Shown one piece after another: positions 1 to 14,690 of a DNA stretch of 64,000 nucleotides (within the stretch, counting starts at the first letter, position 1; each line of letters starts with the position of its first letter). A program made the position numbers and the translations under genes. The notes under the pieces are model-generated. The model had not been told where the DNA came from, made no database searches, and worked only from the letters and a program-made list of their open reading frames with translations. The DNA is from the human T2T-CHM13v2.0 reference genome, Homo sapiens. The stretch is from NCBI RefSeq assembly GCF_009914755.1, contig NC_060928.1. The stretch is one strand, 5' to 3'.

Positions 1-1750
1 TATGTATAATATATAATATATATTATGTATAATATATAATATATATTATGTATAATATATAATATATGTTATGTATAATATATAATATATGTTATGTATA
101 ATATATAATATATGTTATGTATAATATATAATATATGTTATGTATAATATATAATATATGTTATGTATATTATATCATGTATAATACATGTTATGTATAT
201 CATGTATAATACATGTTATGTATATCATGTATAATACATGTTATGTATATCATGTAAAATACATGTTATGTATATAATGTATAATACATGTTATGTATAT
301 AATGTATAATATGTTATGTATATCATGTATAATATATGTTATGTATAATATATATTATGTATATTATGTATAATATATATTATGTATAATATGTATACTA
401 TATATTATGTATAATATATATTATGTACAATATATATTATGTATAATATATATTATGTACAATATATATTATGTATAATATATATTATGTATAATATATA
501 TAATACATATTATGTATAATATATATAATACATATTATGTATAATATGTATTATGTATAATATATATTATGTATAATATATATTATGTACATTATGTATA
601 ATATATATTATATATAATATGTGTAATATGTATTATATATATTATGTGTAATATGTATTATATATATTATGTGTAATATGTATTATATATATTCTTTATA
701 ATATATTATATATTATGTATAATATATATAATATATATTATGTATAATATATATAATATATATTATGTATAATATATATAATATTTGTTATGTATAATAT
801 ATATTATATATGTTATGTATAATATATATTATATATGTTATGTATGATATATATTATATGTATTATGTATGATATATATTATATATATTCTCTATAATAT
901 ATATTATATATTCTGTATAATATATATTACATATATTATGTATAATATATAATACATATATACATTATATATAAAATATATTATACAGAATATATATAAT
1001 AGATATATTATATATAATATATATATAGTATATATAATATATTATATATATTATATATAATATATGTAATATATATATTATTTATATAATATATGTAATA
1101 TATATATTATTTATATAATATATGTAATATATATATTATTTATATAATATGTATAATATATATGTTATTCATCTAATATGTATAACATATATATTATTTA
1201 TATAATATGTATAATATATATATTATTTATATAATATGTATAAGATATATATTATTTATATAATATGTATAAGATATATAGTATATATTATATGTATATA
1301 AGATATATATAATATACTATATATGTTATATATTATATATAACATATATAATATATATATAATATATATATTATATATAACATATATAATATATAATATA
1401 CATATTATATATATATTATATAATATATATTATATATATATTATATAATATATATAATATATATATTATATATATATTATATAATATATATAATATATAT
1501 ATTATATATATTATATATGTTATATATAAAATACATATATTATATATATTATATAATATATAAAACATATATATTTTATATATTATATAATATATATAAT
1601 ATATATTATATAATATATTATATATAATATATATAATATATTATATATTATATAATATATTATATATAAATATTATATAATTACATATAATATATATAAA
1701 TATTATATATTATATAATTATGTATAATATATAATATATATATTATATAA
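1..1750. repeat. Large compound TA-rich micro/minisatellite (runs off the left edge)
   Basis: Almost pure A/T with successive ~17-25 bp units, e.g. TATGTATAATATATAATATATAT and CATGTATAATACATGTTATGTATAT. Confidence 0.97.
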
Positions 1751-2108
1751 AGTGATGTTTATTAGGTATTAACTTACAATATCAGAAGTTCCCGCAATAG
1801 GCGGTCTGCAAGCTTGAGGAGCAAGGAGAGCCAGCCTGAGTCTCAAAACCAAAGAACTTGGAGTCCGATGTTTGAGGGCAGAAAGCATCCAGCACAGGAG
1901 AAAGATGTAGGTTGAGAAGCGAGTCCAGGCTTTCTCTTATTCATGTTTTTCTGCCTGCTTTATATTCACTGGCAACTGAGTAGATTGTGCCCAGCAGATT
2001 AAATGTGGATCTGTCTTCCCCAGCCCATTGACTCAAATGTTAATCTCTTTTGGCAAGCCCTCACAGACACACCAAGGATCAAGTTGGCACTCAGTATTAC
2101 CCATCACA
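1751..2108 (-). mobile_element. MLT2A (MLT2A1/A2) ERV-L LTR, 5' portion
   Basis: Reverse complement begins TGTGATGGGTAATACTGAGTGCCAACTTGAT and continues with TGTGTCTGTGAGGG, GAGATTAACATTTGAGTCA and GGACTCCAAGTTC, matching the recalled MLT2A consensus. Confidence 0.88.
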
Positions 2109-2641
2109 AATACTGTAAAGTACATAGACAATTAAAATATTTACTTGAAATACTATGATCAATAAAGTTCATTGTAGTTAGAAAACATAAAGCTAGGTTT
2201 AGGGGAGACTCCTGAAACACCTTTTCTGTAGGTGAAATAGTGTGTGGATGGCATTTGGGGTTGTTGACAGTGGAAAGAGAACAGGACACATTGGAAGACT
2301 GGAAAGAAGTTCAATTGTCTGTAGTAGCAAGAGAGAAGAAAGAGATAATTTCTGACAAGAAATTGGAGAAGTAAAAACAAAAAATACCATTTCTTATCTC
2401 TTGAGCCTGTGGAATGATCTCTCTGGGAAATCTTCATTGAAAAATACAAAACAAAAATATAAAACAGGACAAGAAAAGCAATCTCTGAATCCCAAAAGTT
2501 CATAGGTAGCCAGAAGCAGAAAATAATTGCGAAAGGAAAGACATTCACAGGGGATGGTGACATGGTTTGTATCCATTGAAATAGTGGTTAATGACAATAG
2601 CAGAAGGAAAGACTAAGTGAGTAAAAGAAAGAGGGAGATAA

Positions 2642-2978
<337 letters not shown>

Positions 2979-3678
2979 TAATGTGTTTTTATACACTCAT
3001 ATGTTATCACATAAATGGCACTAGTAGTTTTAAACAAAATTTCTGACATTAATATTTCCTGGCGATATCTATTTTCTGCATTGCTCTTACAATAAATTCC
3101 AGTATATCCTTTCTTGGGAGAAGCAATCATTTTTTTTCATTTGAAGTCAGTCTTTCAATATTTCTATTGTTTAATAATCAAGAGGGCGGACCTAGACTCA
3201 CTTTGATTAATTGACTTTAACAACACAATAATTATGTTGTCTAACTTGAAATTTTATTCCATCATTCAGCTAGGTATTGTGGTTCACATTTCTGAAATAA
3301 AATTTGAAGTTCCGATGAGGTTAGATGAAGGACGGTGAGAATTAGATGTGTTTCCCTTTTCTCCATTTGAATCTGATTAATGATAACTAAAGCCAATTTC
3401 TACAGGTTGCAATGTGGCAGGTGATTCCTGGCATGGGACACAGGGCAGGGTCCTTTATGACCTGAGCACAGGGCCACTTCTGGCCTCATCTTTTATATTT
3501 ACAAATAAAGTGCGATACAATGTCTGAATTAACAAGAGCATCTCAGGCCTTATGACTATTATTCATTATTTTCATTATTCATTATTCCTGCTTCTCCCAC
3601 CTCCCTCTGCCTCAGTTCAGAGATATTACCTTAAAATAACTTTTACCCTCTCTAGGCATAGTTTGCTATTCATTCCTT

Positions 3679-3680
<2 letters not shown>

Positions 3681-3722
<42 letters not shown>

Positions 3723-3748
3723 ATTATACTTTATATATATATATATTT
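3681..3748. repeat. (TA)n microsatellite at the L1 tail
   Basis: Direct reading; includes a duplicated TTTTATTATACTTTA unit. Confidence 0.9.
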
Positions 3749-4259
3749 TATTATACTTTAAGTTCTACGGTACATATGCACAATGTGCAGGTTTGTTACA
3801 TATGCATACATGTGCCATGTTGGTGTGCTGCCCCCATTAACTCATCATTTACATTAGGTATATCTCCTAATTCTATCCCTCCCCCCTCCCCCCAACCCCC
3901 AACAGGCCCCAGTGTGTGATGTTCCCCTTCCTGTGTCCAAGTGTTCTCAATGTTCAATTCCCACCTATGAGTGAGAACATGCGGTGTTTGGTTTTTTGTC
4001 TTTGCGCTAGTTTGCTGAGAATGATGGTTTCCAGCTTCAACCATGTCCCTACAAAGGACATGAACTCATCATTTTTTATGGCTGCATAGTATTCCATGGT
4101 GTATATGTGCCAGATTTTCTTAATCCAGTCTATCATTGTTGGACATTTGGGTTGGTTCCAAGCCTTTGCTATTGTGGGTAGTCCCGCAATAAACATACGT
4201 GTGCGTGTGTCTTTATAGCAGCTTGACTTATATTCTTTTGGGTATATACCCAGTAATGG
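3745..4259 (-). mobile_element. L1PA (approx. PA3-PA5) 3' end, 5'-truncated
   Basis: Canonical primate L1 3' UTR; ORF 3954..4298 gives ORF2p C-terminus (LLGIYPKEYKS...WHIYTMEYYAAIKNDEFMSF). Confidence 0.95.
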
Positions 4260-4335
4260 AAGGACACAGCAAATAAATTTCTTTATCACACTAAACACTC
4301 ATACCATTTGGTTACTTAAAAAAAAAAATAAACTG

Positions 4336-4657
4336 GGCCCGGCCCGGTGGCTCACGCCTGTAATCCCAGCACGTTGGGAGGCCGAGGTGGGTGGATCACG
4401 AGGTCAGGAGATCAAGACCATCCTGGCTAACACTGTGAAACCCCGTCTCTACTAGAAATACAAAAAATTAGCTGTGGCGGGTGCCTGTAGTCCCAGCTAC
4501 TCGGGAGGCTGAGGCACGAGAATGGCATGAACCCAGGAGGCGGAGCTTGCAGTGAAGAGAGATCACGACACTGCACTCCAGCCTGGGCGACAGAGCGAGA
4601 CTCCGTCTCAAAAAAATAAAATAAAATAAAATAAAATAAAATAAAATAAAATAAAAT
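4336..4657 (+). mobile_element. AluY-like with (TAAAA)n tail
   Basis: ACCATCCTGGCTAAC and GGCGGAGCTTGCAGTG diagnostic segments; small deletion at the start of the right arm. Confidence 0.93.
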
Positions 4658-4693
4658 TTAAATTTAAAAAACCCCACATGAACAAGCTAATAA

Positions 4694-5064
<371 letters not shown>

Positions 5065-6159
5065 TAGAGTGCATATCATATAGTAAGGGTCTGATTCCTG
5101 TAGATTGCATAAATAAATGAAAGAATGAATGGTGAATAAAACCAAATAAACATGTAGTGAGAGTTATCACATTGCAAGCTGGGAATATGTGAGGTGATGA
5201 TCACAAATTGGAATTTCTTTGTATATGCACGTGTAGCATTACAGCTCTGGAGATCTGCAGTTCACAGAAAGCTAACTTGAATGTAATGAGAGTGAAAGGG
5301 GTCAATTATTTTGAGGTTAAAACATCTTCATGGATATTATAATCACATTTGATGATAGCAGGAATCGTAAAGTTAAGGAAGACTGTGAGACAGATTTTAT
5401 TTTTCTTTGGTTAATTGTACAGAATGGAAAGAAAATTTTAAGAAAATTTTGTCATGGGTTTTACCCTGATCAAAATTAATAAAATATACTTTTAGGTTTC
5501 CTCAGTTAACCAAGTGTCTTCTTTCAAAGAATACGACCCCAAGTAGATGTTTATCTTTCATGCAGAATGCAAACTCTTACAGGTGGCTCATCAATACACA
5601 GGTCCAGCAATTCCTTTATGGAGCTTACACAGAAACACAGCATAGCTTAAGATCCAACTGACATTTTGGAACCCTTCTAGGGATTTCAAATCTGACGTTC
5701 TGGATCCATTTTTCTTAGTACTATAAAAATCACTCGAGTCTACCAGTGGGCAGATTAAGCTAAAATACTAAACATTTTCTTGTATGTTTTGCTGTAAATA
5801 TGCTTCCTTGTGTTTTTGTCTGAAAAGAATATATATTTAAGGAGGCAGGGTTAGTATAAAACCATAATTTATAAACTAGTCTAACTGAAACTTATATCAC
5901 AGGTATTACTTATATCTCAGTTAACACAGGTTTTTCTGCCTCTGCCTCAAAGGTAGTGTTATTTAGGTGTTCTACCAAAAATCCCTGCAAGTCTTTAGTG
6001 ATTACTAAATCAGAATAAAAGAATAAATGCTTTAAAAGAATATATGAACAAGGTTTTTCACATCATGAAAATTATACAGCTCTATTCTAAAAAGTCTTGA
6101 AAATGCAGGAATTGTTGTCACCTTGAAAGATGATTTTAATATTCCTGAAGCTATTCTCT

Positions 6160-6345
6160 TTTGGGATATCTGGATTGGGGTTTACCTCATTTGTTTTTCT
6201 TCTCTCGTGAATCACAGTTTTGTGCTGCCTACTATCTAATGTCCGCAAAAACTTGTTTCATATCATGTATCCAATCATAGAGTTGTCCACAGTGTGAAGA
6301 CTAGCACAGTACTAGCTATTCGATCATAGCTAGCATTAGAAGTTT
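6160..6345 (-). mobile_element. Ancient L1M 5'-region fragment
   Basis: TCTCTCGTGAATCACAGTTTTGTGCTGCC...TTGTTTCATAT resembles recalled old L1M 5' sequence. Confidence 0.35.
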
Positions 6346-6464
6346 CATATTTCACATTTTATCCTTTGTCAGGAATATCTTTAATCCCTCCTCGCTTTTT
6401 GAATTTCACTTATTGTCTTTTCATGCAATGTAAACTAGTGTAGACTCCTGAGTAAAAGCTTTGA

Positions 6465-6921
<457 letters not shown>

Positions 6922-8939
6922 AGAGAATTCCTTTTAACTAAGGTTTTTATACCTCATGATGTGTTTTGTTATTTTACTTCTTTTGCTCTACCACTGGTCT
7001 TTGAACTGTTTTGGGGAAGAAATTGTGTCTTGCTAATGCTTCAACTTCTAGGATAGTGATCAAAACAAAATAGAAAAAGCAAAACAGAAACAAAATATAT
7101 TTGGTCAATAAATAATCTTTATTAATTTAACACACCTCTTTCTCTCTATTTTATTCCTTGTATTTATTACTGCCCATTCTATCTACTCCTATTTCAAGTC
7201 ATATTTCCCAAAGGTTTTGAATTGTATTTAATAATTCTCTGCCATTCATTTTTCAATTATTCCAATAATTATTAACTGCTTTCCTCTTTTCTTCCTCTTC
7301 AGTCCTAATATTAATATGTACTACATATGACCCAAGTTCATATTTTTGAATGATGCATTCCTTTTATCCCCATTGTCCTTTATTCATTAAATCATCTAGG
7401 CCATCTTGTACTGTGGCCTTAGGAAAAATACTCAAGAGAATAGAGCATAGAAAATTGGAGTCTATTTCTGAATTTATATTTTTAAGAGCCTAGTTCCCTA
7501 AAGAAATATAGAGAAATAATGGCAGAGACAAAATATTTATCAGGATACAGAAAGAGCGAAAGTATTACTTTCCCCACACCTTCCAAGACTGGAATAGTCT
7601 CCTTCATACTTGAGAGAGTGAAGACATCAGTTGGGAAAGTAGCATCTGCAGACACGTCTTACAGGATGGAGGAATTTGGGAGATAAAGATACTTTTTCAT
7701 GATGGTCCAGGTGGAGCCAGGTGGTGACGGATAGCAACACTCTAGCACAGAATTGCCTGCAAAGTGTGTATCTGCAGACTAAGCCTTAAACAGCATTTTC
7801 TTTTTTTTCAGCATAGCATAGTAGGCAAAATGATACAAATATGTATAGTTGAGAAAGGAGGTGGTCAGAATAGTCACCAAATGTGAAATAGCGAAGATGA
7901 TGGGAAAGTTGAACATCTCCACAGCATTTGTGTGGACCAAAGACTAGAGAAAATAATGGATATTTTGGTGAAAATATTATAGTGTAACTATGGAACTTAC
8001 AGGACAAGATTTGCTACTGTCCTCCTATTGATCCCATGGCATGATCCACAGACCTAGAATTAAGCCTAAGAGACAAGTGACTTCAAATTAAGATTTTTTT
8101 TCCATCATGTCAGCTATCATGTTATTTTTTATCACATCGTTTTTTGCAACTTAACACATGAAAGATTACATATTGTTTCATTTCAGCATAAACAGATAAA
8201 ACTATATATTTTAAACAAGGTAAAGGAGGCTCTTGAGAGTGGTATGGCTGTTAGTCTGTCTTTAAATCTGTAATGTTGGGCATCACTGCATATGTCACAG
8301 TCATCATGATTCCTAAATATTGCTTAGTTCGTTCCGTATTTTCTCATCATGAGATGCAGGCTTTTAGGAGGACTGGAAAGAAAGGTTTAATTCTGGGAAA
8401 ATAAGAGAGAAGCTGTTAAAAAATTCACTCAGTAAAATAGTTAAGAGTAAGTTCATAAAAGATCGCAGGTTTTATAAGAACAAGCCTGTCCTACTATGTG
8501 ATTATTAGGATATTATCATTTTGTTCTAATCAAACTAGCCCACATATACTTGCTATATACAACTACTGAGTTGCAAATGTCTCTAAACATTAGCAAAATT
8601 GCAGATGACAGCAAAGTATTATCAGGACCAATATTGTGTTTACATCGTTACCCTCTTATGTCTAAAGAAAGGTAACACTTTTTATTCAGTTAATTTTGTG
8701 TCTAACAGGTAGTCTTACATGCATTCTTAAATCAGTTTAAATTGTTCCCTAGACCACTTTCGTTGCTAATTTTCATCAAACCAAGATGCCATTACAGCAA
8801 TTGCCACCATCCTGTTGACTCAGTGGGCAGCCATACCCGCTGCTCTTGCATTTACTAGAATTAGGTTCTGCTACTGCGTGTTGCTGCTTCTTTACCCCGA
8901 AGCTCTACTTTTGAGGCTACTCACAAGAACAAGCATTTA

Positions 8940-9048
8940 TGAAGGGTTGATATGTGCAGCAGACCACCATGGCACATGTATACCTGTGTAACAAACCTGT
9001 ACGTTCTGCACATGTATCCCAGAACTTAAAGTAAAAAAAAAAAAAAAA
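8940..9048 (+). mobile_element. Very short L1PA (PA7-like) 3' end with poly-A
   Basis: CACCATGGCACATGTATACCTGTGTAACAAACCTG...CCCAGAACTTAAAGT followed by an A-run. Confidence 0.9.
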
Positions 9049-10767
9049 TTATAATAAAGAGGTTCTTAGTCTATCATCGTAATTTTGTCCCTGTCATCTC
9101 ATCCTTCAACCCCCAGCGCCTGTCGCACATGCCTCTATATGTCTGAAAACCACTTATCGAATAGATTTAAATTATTTTTGGTGGAGGCTCTTTGGCCACT
9201 ATGTACTTCAACTGATACAAATATATATGGAAGTGTGAAAAGAAAACAACAATCAACATAGGTTAATTCTGAATCCCAGTTCCAGCCGCACTGTGTAATT
9301 TAACTGTCTTGTTTTACCTCACAAAAATATTGATAACAACTAAGATTATAATCCACTTTAATTTCCATGTACTTTACCTCTATTAAAAACTATCCAAACA
9401 ATATATTGGAAAAATTGATAGGAAGTGAAATTTTACATTTTAAGAACATAGAGAATGAGAATTTATACATACCAAGAATTTAACATTAAGGAGATGTAAA
9501 ATTAGTTAATCTCTCCATCACTAAGATATTCACTAACGTAAGCAATCAACAAATTTGGAATTTGTATTTGTTTGAAACCACCTTCAAGAAAAATTTCTAG
9601 AGTGTAATTCCATCTTACTATTAATTAACAGAAAAATGGCATCTACTGCAATAAAATGTGTTCAGGGACAATGTACACTGATTTATGATGTATAAAATAT
9701 ATGTGTATATATGAAATGTGTGTGTATGTGTGTGTTAATATTATCAAAAATGAACTGATACATTTTAGATGTGTTGGCACATGATCTGGTATTCGGTTAA
9801 CATTTTTTCCAAGTTAACCTAGATTAACAAGAAACAAATATATCTGAATTTCTTTACAAATGCTCCAAGATTCATGCATCCTCTTTCTTTGGCCCTTTCT
9901 GGATGTTGGAGGCTTATAATGTATTCTCTGAGTTAGTCCTTCTGTACTTTTTCTTCCCCCAGCTTTTCTTAACCTTGGCTCTTTGTTGTGACCATGTCTT
10001 TTAGCTTATAGCCTGAATTTGACACCTGATTGTGGCTAAGAGACTTCACTGTCCCAAGAGTTATGATGACATGAAGTTGAATATTAGTGCATGCTATGAT
10101 TTGAAATTATACAATATATAAAAATAAAAATTATCCCAGAAAGCAATACTTCTGTAACATAACAGTAGTATAATGTTTATATAAATAAATTACACATAAA
10201 TAGTTCAAATAAGGTACATTTATATTTATTTAACAATGTATAATAAATAACATTATTATTACATTTCAAGTTATCTATACATTATGGCTTCATTAATTCA
10301 ATACATTACATACTGTTGTTTATTGCTCCTTTTGTAATCACATACTTACAATATTAGTTTAAAAATTAATAATCATTCATTTTTTGTATTTCAACTTTTG
10401 AAATGATATAAACTATTCTTTTTAGCCAATACATTATTTATTTTCTTAATAAAAACTAATGAAAGTTTTTGTTAATTTGCTTATTTTTGTCTCTCACCCT
10501 CAAGGATGGGAACATCTTTCACGTTGGAAACATTTTGAGCTCAATTCTGGGCACCAAAAGAGAAAAAATGTTCTCTTTTATAACCACACCCCAACAAACA
10601 CACATTTACCACAATCTTATAGGGCACTACATAGAGGAGTTAATTTGCTCTGTGGACTACTGTGTAGATGCTATACAGCGAGGTAACTTTCAAATGAGAT
10701 CTTGCACATAAGAAAATTACAATTCATTTATTACACAATATGGAATCACAAATATAAAATATGATTG

Positions 10768-11539
10768 TGATATGGACAGGAGACAGGGAAATATGGAGAA
10801 AAAGAGGATGATTTCCCTGAAGATGCCCTATTCTCAAGCCTGGAAACCCATGACCCTAAATTGGAGCAGGAATTCCTGTTTTTGAACCCAAAAGTTGCCA
10901 TTTGACCTGCCACACCCGCATATCCTGTACACATATAAACCCTAATCCCTAGACTCCACAAGCAGATGAGCACACAAGCAGATGGTGAGATGAACAGAAG
11001 AGTAGAAGAAAGGCGGAACTGCATGTCATTGAGAAGAAAAGGAATGTCTAAATGCCGAGAGGAGTTTGGCTGGGGGCAGTCAGAGAGAAGATGGATGGTC
11101 AGGCTTCAGGGGAAAATCATCTTTCCACTCCATCCCCTTTCCAGCTCCCCATCCACCCCACTGAGAGCCACCTCCACCACTCAATAAAACCCTCACATAT
11201 CATCCTTCAAGTCTGTGTGAGACTCGATTCTTCCTGGACGCTGGAGAAGGACCTGGGTACCAAGAGGTCACTGAACTGGTTAACACTTAAGCTGTCCACA
11301 GAGGGCAAGTCTAAAGGAGCACACTGTAACAAATGCCCTCTTGGGCATCATGAGTCACAGGCTCCCACACCTGGACACTGCCATGGTGCTGGAGCCCAGG
11401 GGCATTTGCCCCAGTTCCTACACCTGCCCATCTGTGTGCTCCTCCTCCCACAATGGGTGAGTGTGCATGGTGGCCAAACAAATGAGCCACACCGCTGTCA
11501 CACATCCTGCGACGGGGATTAGGGTTCTCTACCAATTCA
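10768..11539 (+). mobile_element. ERV1 solo LTR, LTR1 family
   Basis: TG...CA termini, TGATATGGACAGGAGACAGGGAAAT start, internal TATAAA and AATAAA, perfect 4 bp TSD ATTG. Confidence 0.8.
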
Positions 11540-13174
11540 ATTGTTATTTCTTTCTCATGAGGCATTCATTGTTTTTAATAATCCATGATAGAAAAAGTAT
11601 TACTTCCAGTCACATGTCATCCAGAATTCTGCTATTGACTCTCTCCAAAGGCAGGTTTGAAGCTTATCTTCCTGGTGTCATCAGCACTAGCAAATACTTT
11701 AGGCTTTTTTCCAATTGAAAATTTTGAAAGTCTTTGAACATATCATATGCTTATTATAAGTAAGGGATTGATTATTTTATACTCCATGTGTCTCAGGAAA
11801 CATTGCATTTTCCTATGGTGAAAATGAGAAAACCATTTGTACTGATATCATTTCACATTTAAATAAACTACATAGTACATGCACCTAAAGCCAGAACATT
11901 TGTTTTTCTTTCACTTAGTTTATAAAATTCCACATTTTCTTCCTAATGCGAATTTTCACTCTGGACACACAAAACAATTTAAAACAGAACAAAAAAAAAA
12001 ATAAAGATTTTTTTTTTTTAAAAAGTAAACTGAAGACCAACTGGATAAGCTTTAAGAACAATAAAATTGTTCCACAAACCATAGCTTAAGACTCACTTTG
12101 TCTTATACTCGCAGGCTTTATTAACTTTTTGTCGGATTAACAAAGATCTGTCACTCAAATTCATGAATAGCGTTTCCATGCACATCTTTGCAAATGCACT
12201 TAGTGTTTGTAAATGTATTCTTTAGTAGGGTGACACAGAGGAACAATGAGGAATTTTCCTTTTACATTCAATTTATCATCACTTTCATGTTGTGCTGTAG
12301 CATCAGATCAGAAGTCACACTCAGTGTCATTTTGCCAATTATGAAATCCAGATGCCAAGATCCAGATTCAATTTTAATGTCTACCTAGAATTTTGGTTGT
12401 GATTTAATTTTAGTCATAAATCACTTTTGACCTGTTATAGCAAGTAAAAACATATTTTGATGACTATTACACCTATTTAAAAATCTCAGAAAGTGCTGTG
12501 TTTTGAGATGGACTGGCCTTTGCTAAAATTCAAAAGTGCTGGCAGAGCATTAAAATGTAATTCTAAATTTTGTTTAGACAAACAGTATTAGCATTAAGGC
12601 TTATTTCTATACTAACAAAAATGAAATAGATTGTTTTATATCATTGGATAATGACGTGTTTGCATTAACATGTTAGAAAATTTTCACCCATTTGTATAAT
12701 TGACATTTGGCCAGATTTACCCTAAATATGAGGACACAGAAAAGCTACCTGCTGAAAGTTCAAGAATGTGATAGGCAAAAAAAGGACTCCTTAGTATATT
12801 ATTTAATGATTTATGCATTGCATATGATCAAAATAACAATCTAGTTAAACTTAGTAGCGTGTAATAACATCCCCATGAAAGTAAAGAAACAGCCATGAAT
12901 TTAAGGCAAAAATAGATGTCTTGAGGTGATACCTAATGCTTTTTATTCACTATCTGTGATTTCAGGATATGTCTTAAGATTTAGAACATAATTTTAAAAC
13001 CCACATAATTTTCCATTTTTTTCTTTCATTTTTGGTGGAAATGATCTTATGGGAACAATTTTCCTGGACTTAAGTTGATGTAATAAGTTAACAAAATAAT
13101 TTTAGAACTGAAAATGAGTTTTGGTTTTTGTTCTCATAATGAATGTAATGAACATATATGAAATTCCAATACCT

Positions 13175-13458
13175 AGCCAAGAGTGGTGGCTCATACCTAT
13201 AATCCCAGCACTCTTTGAAGCCATTGTGGAAGAATTGCTTGATGCTAGGAGTTCAGACCATCCTGGGCAACATAGCAAGACTCTGTCTCTACAAAAAATG
13301 TATTTTAAAAATAGCCAGGCATAGTGGTACTCACTGTAGTCCCATCTTAGGGGGCTGAGACAGGAGGATTGCTTGATCCCATAAGTTCAAGATTACAGTG
13401 AGCTATCATCATGTTACTGCACTCCAGCCTGGGCAACAGAGTGAGACCCCATTGCAAA

Positions 13459-13499
<41 letters not shown>

Positions 13500-13505
13500 A
13501 AATAA
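13175..13505 (+). mobile_element. AluJ with (TAAA)n tail
   Basis: Diverged dimer with GGAGGATTGCTTGA and GTGAGCTAT J-type features. Confidence 0.9.
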
Positions 13506-14370
13506 AATGTCATACTTTTAGCTACGCTGTATAATAAGCATTTATTTATAGTCATTAAATAAAATTTCACTTTCAAAAATACATTAAATATGAAAGATTT
13601 TAACTAAATTGTTATGAGAACTGTGTTTACTCTTTGTGGCCCTCAACTGTATTCCATAATTTATAAACACATTTATTTAATTTATGTAAATATTACATAC
13701 CATCTCTAGAGGCTAGGATCCATGGGTCAGAAAATATATCAGGTTTAATTACCATTTTAGACTCAGTACGAAGTCATGCCTACCTCATTATAGGTGTTCA
13801 TAACCACTTGTTTAATGAATGAAGGAATGAATAAAACACACGAAGTCATACTTTCAAAATATGATGATATCATATCCATCTGTGTGTGTGAGTAAGTAAG
13901 TATTCACTCAAACTGTAGCAAACCAGTCTGGCTAAAGGAAGGGCACAAGTAGGTACTAGTGAAATATAAGGTCAGAATAGCAAGTTGGGAAACAGTTATG
14001 AAGGATTTTGACAGCTGAAAAGTCTGGATATAATATAGTATATTTGAGTAGTTGTACGGATATAAAATATTCATCCACATATTTCCATGTATTATTTATG
14101 TATATCTATATATTTAACAAAATAAAAAGATACATATGGTGTGTGTGTATATATATATGTGTATGGCAAATAACATATGTATCTACAAACACCTACCAAT
14201 TTTAGGAAAACTAAGAAAAGTAACATAATTTATATTTTAAAATTCCAATTAAAGTGCTTTAATAAATAAATTTTATTGTGCTAGATCTATTGTTTTTTCA
14301 AACAGTAGATTTCTACTGGCTATTTTTTGCATAATGGGATTCCCAGAAAGAATGCCCCACTGTTCTAGAC

Positions 14371-14690
14371 CAGGCATCCGTACACTTTTTTTCTGTAAAG
14401 GGCCAGAGTAAATAATTTAGGCTTTGTGAAACTTAGGTCTCTTGCACAAGTGCGTGATTCTGCTGTTGCAGCATGAAAGCAATCATAGCAACATTTCTGA
14501 CCAATGAAAGTGAAAAATTAGAATAGCTAGGTTTAGGTAAACTTTAATTCTGGAAACTTGTTGAATGCCACGTGATTGTCATGTGTCACAAAATAACATT
14601 TAAAAAACTTTAAAAATTTTCCAACCATTTAAAAACACAAAAAATATTTTTAATTCATAGGCCACACAAAATTCAACATGTGCCACCATC
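14371..14690 (+). mobile_element. MER58B hAT-Charlie DNA transposon remnant
   Basis: TTTTCTGTAAAGGGCCAG...TTTAGGCTTTG...TGTGTCACAAAATA...CAACCATTTAAAAA. Confidence 0.75.

Noticed and set aside
1-1750. CRISPR-like or coding interpretation of the periodic repeats
   Set aside because: No unique spacers; eukaryotic low-complexity tandem repeat
11052-11522. 156 aa ORF
   Set aside because: Lies wholly inside a solo LTR with no recognisable domain
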